Origin: a virus
Length of the DNA stretch: 64,000 bases
Strand: one strand, 5' to 3'
Virus record (IMG/VR): IMGVR_UViG_3300032309_001546
Span: 1-64,000 of that record
This document shows, piece after piece, positions 39,571 to 48,817 of this stretch. Under the pieces are notes generated by a model. It saw only the letters and a program-made list of their open reading frames with translations, searched no databases and was not told the DNA's origin. Position 1 is the first letter of the stretch, and each line of letters begins with the position of its first letter. Position numbers and translations under genes: made by a program.

Positions 39571-40846
39571 TTTCAAGCTCTTTAATATCTTCTGAGTAGT
39601 CTAAAGTAATTCGGACTCGACCAGGATTGAGAAAGCGCTCGAACAGCAGACCATGTTTAACAGGATCAAGATGCTTAGCTGTGATTCCTAGTGACCATGA
39701 GATCAAAGATCCACCACCAGAACCACGCGCTGGGCCAACAGGTATACCCATATCCTTAGCTAGGCTAACATAGTCTTGAACGACAAGGAAATAGGAACTA
39801 TACCGTGCCTCGTCAATGACTTGGAACTCATATCTAATTCTATCCTTGTAGGCTTTAGGGACATCAGCCCAGCTCTTTACGCCAAGCCGAGATATAAGAC
39901 CAGCCTTAGCCTTCTTAAGAAGCATTAGGCTTGTCCCCTCAGGCGTCATTCCTTCAAGCTGAAGATTCGGTGCCTTAGTTACTCGCTCAAAGTATGAGCC
40001 ATCTACAAGATCTGCTACATGCTGAGTATTAGTGATTGCTTCATGTGGTAACTGCCAGTCATCACAAAGAGTCTTTGCGAACTCTGCATCATACATCCAA
40101 GCATTATGATCTTGAACTTCATATGGCATTGTGTCTGGAGTCTTATGCATGCTCACACACATAACATAGCTACGCAACTTGTACTGATCTTGGTTCTGAT
40201 GATGAGCATCAGCTGTAAGTACAAGAGGAATATTCTTGCGTTTGCTTAGATCAATTAGATATTGATTGTAACCATACTGCTTTTCAACATTATTATGCTG
40301 AAGCTCTAAGAAGAAGCTGTCGTCGCCGACCGCCTCCTTAACTTCATCACACCATCTATCTATCTTTGCATGTTCACCCCAGTGCCAATACTTAAAGCAC
40401 TGACTACTGATACAAGTACTAGTAGCAATTAAGCCTTTAGCGTGTTGCTTAAAAGTATCTAGATCGATACGAGGATAGCGATAAAAGCCATCTTCATATG
40501 AATACTTAGTAAGCTTCATTAAGTTCTTATAACCTTCTTCGTTCTTAGCAAGTAATAGGAAGTGGCCATTGTTAACTGCTTTCTCGGCTACGCCATTCTC
40601 TGGCATAAAATCAGACTTAGTCTTGGCATCGCCAAAAGCAAGATATGTTTCATTACCAATGATAGGCTTTACGTTAGCAGCACGACAGCCCTTTACAAAT
40701 TCTGGGATGCCACCCATATATCCATGATCTGTCAATGCAACTGCATTCATTCCTCTGGCAGCAACAGTCTTACCCATTTCATCGGCTGGCTGTAAGCCAT
40801 CAAGCAATGAGTAGTAGCTATGCGCATGGAGATGTACCATTCCCAT
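39563..40846 (-). CDS. dnaE: DNA polymerase III alpha (DnaE), N-terminal PHP domain plus start of palm
   Basis: 'HLHAHS.YSLLDG', 'LTDHG', 'GNE', 'GHFLLLA', 'STC', 'DAHH', 'GPARGSGGGSL' and 'LLFERFLNPGR'; start moved to ATG 40846. Confidence 0.93.
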   Translation of the reverse strand: MGMVHLHAHSYYSLLDGLQPADEMGKTVAARGMNAVALTDHGYMGGIPEFVKGCRAANVKPIIGNETYLAFGDAKTKSDFMPENGVAEKAVNNGHFLLLAKNEEGYKNLMKLTKYSYEDGFYRYPRIDLDTFKQHAKGLIATSTCISSQCFKYWHWGEHAKIDRWCDEVKEAVGDDSFFLELQHNNVEKQYGYNQYLIDLSKRKNIPLVLTADAHHQNQDQYKLRSYVMCVSMHKTPDTMPYEVQDHNAWMYDAEFAKTLCDDWQLPHEAITNTQHVADLVDGSYFERVTKAPNLQLEGMTPEGTSLMLLKKAKAGLISRLGVKSWADVPKAYKDRIRYEFQVIDEARYSSYFLVVQDYVSLAKDMGIPVGPARGSGGGSLISWSLGITAKHLDPVKHGLLFERFLNPGRVRITLDYSEDIKELENV

Positions 40847-40889
40847 ATTATTCTCTCGTTTAAGTTTAAAGATTAATAAAACACCAATA

Positions 40890-40918
40890 GGCGACAAGGC
40901 TAAATATAGCCCGCCGCC
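40890..40918 (-). terminator. GC-rich hairpin after phoH (terminator-like)
   Basis: GGCGGC-GGGCTA/TATT/TAGCCT-T-GTCGCC followed by a partially U-rich TATTGGTGTTTTATT. Confidence 0.5.
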
Positions 40919-40931
40919 ACATGGTTTGCAA
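40903..40931 (-). promoter_or_regulatory. Sigma-70-type promoter for the dnaE operon
   Basis: TTGCAA-17 nt-TATATT on the - strand. Confidence 0.55.
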
Positions 40932-40943
40932 TAGCAAAAAGTA

Positions 40944-41846
40944 CTAGTCTACTAGTTTCTTGCAGATTTGTATTCCGAGCTCAGCTAATGGGCTGCGCTC
41001 AATCTCGATAAGCTCAATAAAGCTAGTAAGAGGACTTTGCTGATAGATGTCAAGTCCAATTGTCTGAAGCACTGGGCAAGGTTTGCCCTTGCGATTTTCC
41101 TTTTCATCAATCTGATCTGTGTCAGCCATAAGTATTAACTTACTCTTCTCACCTAGGCGAGTGATTAGAGTCTTGAACTGATGGATTTCAACGTTCTGTG
41201 CTTCATCGCAAATGACTAATGCATTTGTAAAGTCTTCACCGCGCATGTATTCCAAAGGAATGCACTCAATCTTTCCTTCCTCAAGCTTCTGCTCAAAGAT
41301 CTTTAGGTAGGTTTTACCCCAGATCTTAGCAAGAGCACGCTCATAGGAGCTGAAGACCGGTCTCATCTTGTCTATAATCGTACCTGGAACATCGCCAATT
41401 CTACCGCCACTGCTGGTGGTAGCCTGGGCTCTGCTCTTTGTCAAGATAATCTTGTCATATTTCTTTTCGTCAAGCATATTAATCGCCGCAACCATTGTCA
41501 CATAAGTCTTGCCAGAGCCAGCTCCACCAAAGACTGTAAGCATTGGAATGCTTTGATCATACAAAGATGAAAGTAAATATTTTTGCTCTAGATTCTTAGG
41601 AGCAAACTTCTTAACTGTAGGTAAATTAATATTGACTAATGCTTCGCCGTTCCATCTCTTAAGAGCGCTATAGCTACCATGTCTAAAGCACCAATAGCTA
41701 TTAACTGGTGGTGCAGACATCTCGAACCAAGGATCAAAATCAAGTTCATCAATAGTAACAGGGTCATCCGTGAACAGTGGACCTAGATCTGCAGAATATT
41801 CTACATCAATTATGGTCGGATGAAATACTTCCTTTGGTTCTTGCAT
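40944..41846 (-). CDS. phoH: PhoH-like ATPase
   Basis: 'PKNLEQ', 'GGAGSGKT', 'IGDVPG...K', 'YMRGE', 'DEAQN', 'TRLGE', 'DTDQID' and 'ERSPL'. Confidence 0.92.
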   Translation of the reverse strand: MQEPKEVFHPTIIDVEYSADLGPLFTDDPVTIDELDFDPWFEMSAPPVNSYWCFRHGSYSALKRWNGEALVNINLPTVKKFAPKNLEQKYLLSSLYDQSIPMLTVFGGAGSGKTYVTMVAAINMLDEKKYDKIILTKSRAQATTSSGGRIGDVPGTIIDKMRPVFSSYERALAKIWGKTYLKIFEQKLEEGKIECIPLEYMRGEDFTNALVICDEAQNVEIHQFKTLITRLGEKSKLILMADTDQIDEKENRKGKPCPVLQTIGLDIYQQSPLTSFIELIEIERSPLAELGIQICKKLVD

Positions 41847-41854
41847 TGGCTTCC

Positions 41855-43291
41855 TTACAAAAGTAGTTTGTTGTACCTCTCAAGAAACTCAGATTTAGCA
41901 AATTTTTTGTAATCACTAGGCAGTATTAGATAGAAGTTTTCAGGAATAAGTTCTTTTTGTATTTCAGGAATTATGCCGTCCGTAAAGCAAAGCACTGCAT
42001 CATATTTATATCTTCCGTTGTATTGGCCAATTATTTTTAACGCCGGATTCAAATCTGTGCAGCCACCGCCTTTCCATTCAATCGTCTCTGCAAAGTTCTT
42101 ATTTCTTGCCTTCTCTATGTCTCCTCTCACCTCGCTATCATTCATAACATAATGAACACTAGCATAACTTGCTAGCTTCCTTAAATAAGATACAAACTTT
42201 TCAGCAAGCTGAGTATCAATACTTCCAGAAGTGTCGAAAATACAAGCAATTAGAGGCTTGTCTGATTTCTTAGGACCAGGTAGGATTCCAGGCAAAACTA
42301 CGTTATAGCTTGCCCATGAGACACCTGTCTTGTATCTTTTGCCAGGTCGGTTTAGAGTCTTTAGAAAAAGAACAGCATCTCCTTCGTAAGGTTTTACCTC
42401 AATATTTTTACTGTCAAATTTATCTAATTTCTCGAATGAAAGAAACGGAGTAGTATTAATTTCAACAATTTTTGCAATTTGTTTTTCAATTGAACTAATT
42501 CTTTCATTTTGTTCTTCCTCGGAGATATCACTATCATCAAGGACCATGTCCATACTTAACTGATTTATTTCTTTTTGTTCTTGCTTTTCTATAAAGTCTT
42601 GATAATCGGGACTATTTTTTAGCCAGTTAAAGATTTCTTTAGCTGTAACATTATAGATTCCTTTTCTTAATCCATATTCTGCATGGAACAACTTACTGTT
42701 AGGATGTAAATAGTAAGCAGATAAATCAGGATGAGCAAAAGCAGCTTGCTCATCAATGCGGAAAGCATTGAAGAAAAACTTACCTTGTGCATTCTGCAAA
42801 GGATAATTTACAAAATCACTTGGATCATCTAGTTGAGTAAAAGATTCTACATATTCATAAAGTAACTCAGTATTAATTTTCATGTCCTGAGCAACATTCA
42901 TAAGATAGCGATCTTCAGCTGGGACCTTAAACATAGAAACAGGATGAGCATAAACAAAATGCTTTAGCTCATGTAGCAAGATAAAATAGAAAGTCTTATC
43001 ACTTAATCTGCTAATGTTATCTATGTTAAAGTATAAAGCATATTCTTTAGTACTAGGAGTCCAGGCGATACAAGCTATAAACTCAGGATTAAAACCTTGA
43101 CCTGTAGCTTCTTCTTTGGTTAAGAAGTATCTGTCTAGACAAATCAAGTACTCAGATAGATTAATAAATGTATAAGCAATTGCATATGGGATGTAATCAG
43201 TAATAGGACTGTCTTTGCCCTCCTTGATAGCAATCAAAGAGCGACAAAGATCAGTAATCTTATTAGCGTAAATCTTTTTTAAAGCATCCAT
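41855..43291 (-). CDS. Metallopeptidase-like + VWA domain protein (DUF2201-like)
   Basis: 'LLHELKH...H', 'MNVAQDMKIN'; MIDAS 'DTSGSI', 'GGGCTD' and 'FTDG'. Confidence 0.85.
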   Translation of the reverse strand: MDALKKIYANKITDLCRSLIAIKEGKDSPITDYIPYAIAYTFINLSEYLICLDRYFLTKEEATGQGFNPEFIACIAWTPSTKEYALYFNIDNISRLSDKTFYFILLHELKHFVYAHPVSMFKVPAEDRYLMNVAQDMKINTELLYEYVESFTQLDDPSDFVNYPLQNAQGKFFFNAFRIDEQAAFAHPDLSAYYLHPNSKLFHAEYGLRKGIYNVTAKEIFNWLKNSPDYQDFIEKQEQKEINQLSMDMVLDDSDISEEEQNERISSIEKQIAKIVEINTTPFLSFEKLDKFDSKNIEVKPYEGDAVLFLKTLNRPGKRYKTGVSWASYNVVLPGILPGPKKSDKPLIACIFDTSGSIDTQLAEKFVSYLRKLASYASVHYVMNDSEVRGDIEKARNKNFAETIEWKGGGCTDLNPALKIIGQYNGRYKYDAVLCFTDGIIPEIQKELIPENFYLILPSDYKKFAKSEFLERYNKLLL

Positions 43292-44379
43292 TATTTCTTT
43301 ATATGAAGGCTAATCATTTCATAGAACTCGGGCACAAACTTCTTAGCATAATCTCTTAGATACTTAGTCTGATCAAGTTGTTCCTGTGACATATTAGGAA
43401 TTAGATTTCTATATGTAAAGTAGATGCCAACTAGCTCTGATCTAGAAACATCTGGAGTCTTTAGCCAAGCTTCAAGTTTACCATTATAGAAACTTGCATC
43501 TGCTAGCCAGTCTCTTCCATTTAGAATCTGGAACCATTTAAAGGCAAGATTTGCTTTAACTAATCCGGTAGCTAAGGCAATAATTGCTTCTCTTAGGTCG
43601 CCTGTGATGTTCTGATTATTATTATTAATCTTCCACCACATACACCAAGCAGCAAGCCTAGCAAGTATCTCTATGGTACGAGGACATGGGCTAACTTCCT
43701 TATCAACAGACCAGGTTCCGGTTAGTTGATTATTCTGAAATCCCTCTATTAGATCAGTACTATTATTAAGTATAAAGCTAAAAGCAGGATCTATATGACC
43801 TAACCTTGACTCAAGGAAGGAGTTGGTATCTAGTGCGTAGTGCACATGACTCCATCTAGCTTTCATTGCTTTATCAAGCGTGTCTGTATTGAATTCTCCA
43901 GTAGGTGGGTTACAAGCAGATAGTAAACGACTGACAGGAGGTAGTTTATACTCTCCAAGGCGACGTTCTGCGGTAATACTCATCATTGCATTTATACCTT
44001 CTTGCGTGCCGCGATTTAACTCGTCAGCAAACAGGACATATATACCACTGAGGCTAGCAGGAATCCAAGATGGCCTGGTCTTAGTATGAGTCATATACTG
44101 ATGATCAACAACTGGGATACCCCAGTCAGCTGTGTCAGTATGCGCAAGACGAAGATCATAAAAGGTCTGAGGACCTAACTTATTAATCTTAACACTAGCA
44201 AACTCACTATTACAGAACATAGGAACATCTGCTTTTATATCAGCAAAAAAGCTCCTAGTAGTCTGTTCAATGATTGTACTTTTACCAATACCACTGGCTC
44301 CCCAGACGCAGACAGGAATATCTGCGTCCAGGGAGATTCTAATAGCAAGCTCCAATTGCTTGTTATTAATTGTAGACAT
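43291..44379 (-). CDS. MoxR-like AAA+ ATPase
   Basis: 'WGASGIGKS', 'DLRL', 'LFADELNR', 'ACNPP', 'LDKAMKARW' and 'PCPRT'. Confidence 0.88.
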   Translation of the reverse strand: MSTINNKQLELAIRISLDADIPVCVWGASGIGKSTIIEQTTRSFFADIKADVPMFCNSEFASVKINKLGPQTFYDLRLAHTDTADWGIPVVDHQYMTHTKTRPSWIPASLSGIYVLFADELNRGTQEGINAMMSITAERRLGEYKLPPVSRLLSACNPPTGEFNTDTLDKAMKARWSHVHYALDTNSFLESRLGHIDPAFSFILNNSTDLIEGFQNNQLTGTWSVDKEVSPCPRTIEILARLAAWCMWWKINNNNQNITGDLREAIIALATGLVKANLAFKWFQILNGRDWLADASFYNGKLEAWLKTPDVSRSELVGIYFTYRNLIPNMSQEQLDQTKYLRDYAKKFVPEFYEMISLHIKK

Positions 44380-44381
44380 TT

Positions 44382-45518
44382 TTACTCCTTGTCCGGTGCT
44401 TCCTCAGCGAAAGAAATCTTGCGCTTACGAGACAACGGATATCTGGCATCAAAATGCGCCACACCTAATAGATCACAAAGAGAAGCTCTTGCTCCTGCAT
44501 CGCTTCTAAGGTTTTCAGAAAGATTATTTCTACCTTGAACCTTAAGGCCAATTGCAGGAATCTGTAGCCATGCACCAGCAGCAACGATATGCTTCTGAGC
44601 TAGACCCATAGTAATAAGCGAGTCAACTCGGTCAAGGCCGATACCCCACTTAATGCTAATCTCTACCTCATCCTCAGCACGAGCTGCGCCCTGAGCCTTA
44701 ACAATCTGGACCTTTCTAAGATTCTCTTTGCCATCACCAGGGATAGGAAGAATCTTAAGACGAAGTCTAGCATAATAGCGAATAGCACGACCACCTGTAG
44801 TGATAGTACCACGCGCACCCATTGGAGTAATATTAACTCTCATCTGGTTACTCGTAATAAACGTACAGTCATAGGCCTTATAAGCAGTAGCAAGACGGCC
44901 TAGGACCTTCGAGCTAAGCAAAGCATGCCAACCGATTGCACCATCACCAGCTTCTGCATTAGTATCAGCACTAGCAGGAGGACTAATAGCAGCCCAGCTA
45001 TCTAGAGCAACACATGAAAACATGCCACTGCGAACAAGCTGATCTAGTAACGTAAGAGCTTGCTTGCCATTTTGAGGAAGACTATAAACAAAGCGCTCTT
45101 CGTCTACAGGAACACCAAGGTGTCTTGCATACTCTGAGTCAAAGTTACCTTCCATATCAATGAAAGCAATGCCACGGTCAGGAAAAGTTCTAGCAAAACT
45201 AGCTAGAGCTTCGTACATTAACGTAGTCTTACCAGATGATTCCTCACCAGCAATCTCAATAAAAGTACCACGTGGCCAGCCGGCATTATCACCAAAGCCA
45301 CCAAGTAGACTGTCTAAACAGGGATCACCTGTTGCAACAAAGCTAAATACAGGAAGACTATCTTTGCCAGTGACAAGGATAAGATCTTCGCCGTATTGCT
45401 TTAGCTTACTCATCTTGAATGCATTAAATGTCTTTGCATTCCATGTGCTGGCTCCAGGAGTACTAAAGTTATCTTCATGCTCCCAGTCGCCGTTCACTCC
45501 ATTCATTTCTTCTGACAT
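44382..45518 (-). CDS. recA: RecA recombinase
   Basis: 'GWPRG..IEIAGEESSGKTT', 'AFIDMEG', 'LDSWAA', 'NQMR' and 'TTGGRAIRYYA..RL'. Confidence 0.95.
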   Translation of the reverse strand: MSEEMNGVNGDWEHEDNFSTPGASTWNAKTFNAFKMSKLKQYGEDLILVTGKDSLPVFSFVATGDPCLDSLLGGFGDNAGWPRGTFIEIAGEESSGKTTLMYEALASFARTFPDRGIAFIDMEGNFDSEYARHLGVPVDEERFVYSLPQNGKQALTLLDQLVRSGMFSCVALDSWAAISPPASADTNAEAGDGAIGWHALLSSKVLGRLATAYKAYDCTFITSNQMRVNITPMGARGTITTGGRAIRYYARLRLKILPIPGDGKENLRKVQIVKAQGAARAEDEVEISIKWGIGLDRVDSLITMGLAQKHIVAAGAWLQIPAIGLKVQGRNNLSENLRSDAGARASLCDLLGVAHFDARYPLSRKRKISFAEEAPDKE

Positions 45519-45544
45519 ATAAACCTCATAGTTGTATTGTTTAA

Positions 45545-45742
45545 TTAGCCCTGCGAATAGAACAAGTCCTTCAGGTCTTCTTTGGTATACTTACGACCGT
45601 TCAAGGAAAGACTTCCTTTCCCGGCCATAAATAGTTTAAGCTTTTCTTCTTGAGGAGCAGTAAGTTCTAGTGCAAAGATATCTTTAAGAAGTCTTAAGAG
45701 ATCTTGCGAATCTGTCTTAACTTTAGGATCTGAATTTTCCAT
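45545..45742 (-). CDS. Small hypothetical protein
   Basis: Start moved to ATG 45742 (MENSD) after an AAGGA RBS just past the RNR stop. Confidence 0.55.
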   Translation of the reverse strand: MENSDPKVKTDSQDLLRLLKDIFALELTAPQEEKLKLFMAGKGSLSLNGRKYTKEDLKDLFYSQG

Positions 45743-45749
45743 AGGTTCC

Positions 45750-47681
45750 TTATTTAACAGGACAGAATCCGCCTTCACAATCACTAGAGTCAACACTCGC
45801 ATCAAATGAAATACCATTGATTAGCTTAGTTGTTCTAACCAGTTCATTATAGACATCTTCTGTGATTTCTTCAAGAGGAGCTTGCTTGAAACCATGTTCA
45901 GAATGCAATAAGAATGAAAGGCTTTTGTGGTTTAAGGTATAGTTCTCACGAAGGTATTCCTTAACCTGCTCAAGCTCTTCCTTTCTATAATAAATAGTGC
46001 AAGATACACTATTGTCAGACCAGTCTTCCTGAAGTCTCTTGACTACAGCAAGCTGATCAAGGGCTGTCATATCCTTAGCTAGAAGTGTTCCTTCAGGATA
46101 GGCAAATGGAAACTCAGCTACCATAGTTGAATAGTCAAGGCTACCATCAAAGTTTTCTTGATACTCAATCTTATAGTTGTGTGAACGTACCACTTCAATC
46201 AGTGGATGATTAGCAGCAATACGAATACGACGAATAAGATGTCTAGCATATGCAGGATGTGCACCCGGTGTAACACCAGGAAGCAAACTAAGTGTACCGC
46301 TAGGCTTTACGGTAGTAAGTTTAACGCTAACAGGGAATCCCTTTGCAGCGCTATACTCAACATCGTAAGCACGAAGCTCACCATAGACATCTTTAAGCCA
46401 AGACTTTTGTTCATCTGTGGCTTGCAGATAACCAGTTATACCAATACCCATACGCATATGCTTATTGACAATCTCTTCGGTCTCCGAATGATGGCAATGT
46501 AAAGCCAAGCTATGCTTATTAATACGGTAAAGTAGTTTACATACATCAGCCAATTCGGCCGCACTTGTTATATTGGGAAGGAATACTTCTGCAAGACAGC
46601 AAGTCTCAAAGTTAGCAAGGCTCTGTTCTGCACAAGGGTTGTAACCCATGACAGCAGGATCAGGATACTCTGTCTCGCCAAGGCGACCCATAGCACGTGA
46701 AAGCTTAAGGTTGATTAGACCATAAGGCTCTCCTTTGCCTTCGTAACCATCCCAGAACATATCAGGAAGATCATTGATATCGTCACAAGCTACACTATTA
46801 TTGGACATTGCACGCCAGCTGGGAATTGTCCCAAGGTCCCAACGCTTAGCAAGTAGGAACTCAATATCGTCACAGTCTCCAATGGCGATCTGTGCGCTAC
46901 GTCGTACGTTACCAGCTACTACGATGCTGCCAATAATGTTCATGATATCTAGACAATCAACACTGCGTAATTGCTTACCAGCGCGCTTCTCTAGGACCTT
47001 ACCAATATTAGCTATACCTTCACATAGAATCTCAGGACCGCTAGCTACGCCACCAAAGCCTTTGATTGGCGCGCCCTTACCACGGATTAGCTGAGTGCTA
47101 AATGTAAATGTATTCTTCTTGTCTGCAAGGAATGCAGCCTTAAGAGTCTTAGCTAATAGTGCAACCCAACCTTCTCTTGTATCGGACACAATAAAGTCAG
47201 AGTCCCCCTGGTCTCTGCGGGTTGGGCTCTTAAAGTTCTTACGAACCTTAGGAATCTTGTTAATATGCTCACGCTGAATATTGTAGCCAACGCCACAACC
47301 AAGCATAAGCATATCCATTGTCCAAGTAAATGGACGAACGGGATTATCAACAACGGTAAAAGCACAGTTCTGAAGACTTGGAAGACCCAAGTCCTTAACA
47401 GTCCTAGTGCCTAGCTGCCACAGAAAGCGGCCAGCAACGGTACCCTTAAGCTCAAGCATATACTGCCTAAGTCGGGCACGCTCATCAGGCGTAAAGCCTA
47501 CCTTAAGCTGCTTATCACTGGCATTAAGAACACGTTCTACAGTGTCAGTCCATTCCTCGGTCGGACCATTAAGATCAGACTCACTAAGTCGTCTTGCATA
47601 GGTTCTCTTATAGGTAAGATAGCCTACAGTACTCCAGGGCGTTACTACATCTTGTAGCGAAAAATTATTAATATCTGTCAT
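45750..47681 (-). CDS. nrdJ: Class II (AdoCbl-dependent) monomeric ribonucleoside-triphosphate reductase
   Basis: 'YKRTYAR', 'AGRFLW', 'LQNC', 'VVAGNVRRSA', 'NPCAEQ', 'CCLAE', 'TVKPSGT' and C-terminal 'CEGGFCPVK'. Confidence 0.95.
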   Translation of the reverse strand: MTDINNFSLQDVVTPWSTVGYLTYKRTYARRLSESDLNGPTEEWTDTVERVLNASDKQLKVGFTPDERARLRQYMLELKGTVAGRFLWQLGTRTVKDLGLPSLQNCAFTVVDNPVRPFTWTMDMLMLGCGVGYNIQREHINKIPKVRKNFKSPTRRDQGDSDFIVSDTREGWVALLAKTLKAAFLADKKNTFTFSTQLIRGKGAPIKGFGGVASGPEILCEGIANIGKVLEKRAGKQLRSVDCLDIMNIIGSIVVAGNVRRSAQIAIGDCDDIEFLLAKRWDLGTIPSWRAMSNNSVACDDINDLPDMFWDGYEGKGEPYGLINLKLSRAMGRLGETEYPDPAVMGYNPCAEQSLANFETCCLAEVFLPNITSAAELADVCKLLYRINKHSLALHCHHSETEEIVNKHMRMGIGITGYLQATDEQKSWLKDVYGELRAYDVEYSAAKGFPVSVKLTTVKPSGTLSLLPGVTPGAHPAYARHLIRRIRIAANHPLIEVVRSHNYKIEYQENFDGSLDYSTMVAEFPFAYPEGTLLAKDMTALDQLAVVKRLQEDWSDNSVSCTIYYRKEELEQVKEYLRENYTLNHKSLSFLLHSEHGFKQAPLEEITEDVYNELVRTTKLINGISFDASVDSSDCEGGFCPVK

Positions 47682-47732
47682 TTTAAACTCTCTTAAAATA
47701 ATAAGAAATAGAAAGGGGTAAGGAATATCTTA

Positions 47733-48248
47733 TCACTGAGTTTCAAAACCCTCAGAACCTTTTCCAAATGCTTTTAACTCGCTATTAACAGAGTAAGCAA
47801 CACTTTCTAGAACTCGTCTCATACCTATAAGTTGACCCTGAATTCTTTCAAAAAAATCTACTAGGAATGTATGTAATACTTCCTTTGTATTATCATCATC
47901 GAACTCTACATCAAGACTCGCCTGTAGTTGATCTACAGTAAACTTAGGATTGTCTTTCTTAAGTTCTAAAAGCTTTGCAGCTTTACGAGACTTGATTGCA
48001 GAGTGATGAAGATCTCTGGCCAGAACGGCTTGACTGTGCTTGTGATTTACATCACTAAGTAAGTCTGCAATACGTCTAAATTGCTTATAGACGTCCTTAA
48101 CAGTCATATCATCGGGCAAACTTACCCGATAATACTCAGCCCATTCTGTCAGAGTCTTCTTGTTGAAAGAAATAGTATTGACTAGGTTGATATCAGTTAC
48201 GCAGCTTTTCTTTGCAGACTCAACTTTATCTTTATCTATTTCCATCAT
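47733..48248 (-). CDS. Helical protein, possibly UvsY-like recombination mediator
   Basis: 171 aa, long helices around a central 'KFTVDQLQASL' turn; context near recA and ssDNA-binding genes. Confidence 0.35.
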   Translation of the reverse strand: MMEIDKDKVESAKKSCVTDINLVNTISFNKKTLTEWAEYYRVSLPDDMTVKDVYKQFRRIADLLSDVNHKHSQAVLARDLHHSAIKSRKAAKLLELKKDNPKFTVDQLQASLDVEFDDDNTKEVLHTFLVDFFERIQGQLIGMRRVLESVAYSVNSELKAFGKGSEGFETQ

Positions 48249-48255
48249 CTACTCC

Positions 48256-48675
48256 TTAGTCAGTTTCCCACTCGTCTGAGGTGCTAGCCTTGGGCGCAAC
48301 CTTACCAGGTGCGGGCTTCTTCGCAAGATATGCGTCAGGAACACTGCTCTTCGTAGCTGGCTTACCTGCAGCAGGCTTAGCAGCTGACGATGGCGAGCGA
48401 GTCGAACCGCCCGTCTGGCTCTCATACTCATCGACAAGCGCCTGCTTGATGTCAGCAAGGAATTGACCGCTCTCCTTAGGAGCAATAATCGTATCTTCAT
48501 ATGCCTCACCGCGCTTAGCGCTTGGAGCACCAGCAAATAAGCCGTTCTTTCCGTTGACTACCTTCCATCCCTTAAGGATAAGTTCGCCATCATCAGTTAC
48601 AAGGGTTACGTCACCCATAGCGACAACAGGACCAGTAGGATTACTAAGGGGGTTTACACGAACTCTAATTTCCAT
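48256..48675 (-). CDS. spoVG: SpoVG-family nucleic-acid-binding protein with a flexible linker and acidic tail
   Basis: 'MEIRVRV...VAMGDVTL...LILKGWKVVNGKNGLFAGAPS.K...YEDTIIAP'; C-terminus 'STSDEWETD'. Confidence 0.85.
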   Translation of the reverse strand: MEIRVRVNPLSNPTGPVVAMGDVTLVTDDGELILKGWKVVNGKNGLFAGAPSAKRGEAYEDTIIAPKESGQFLADIKQALVDEYESQTGGSTRSPSSAAKPAAGKPATKSSVPDAYLAKKPAPGKVAPKASTSDEWETD

Positions 48676-48817
48676 AATTTACCTCTTTGGTTTTGCCAAG
48701 CTTTCGTTCATTGTGCCTGGCGAGCAAGTTAAGGCCAATCTCAAAAATGATTGGCGCTACAATTGAAATAGTTTTTTTAATAGTGTATTGATTTCTTATT
48801 AAATAAGAATACATGTG

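Noticed and set aside
39040-39620. Intein, intron or ribosomal bypass joining the dnaE halves
   Set aside because: No intein termini, no homing endonuclease or visible intron core, no obvious matched take-off/landing codons; the gap is filled by coupled ORFs. RT-PCR would be needed to exclude splicing fully.
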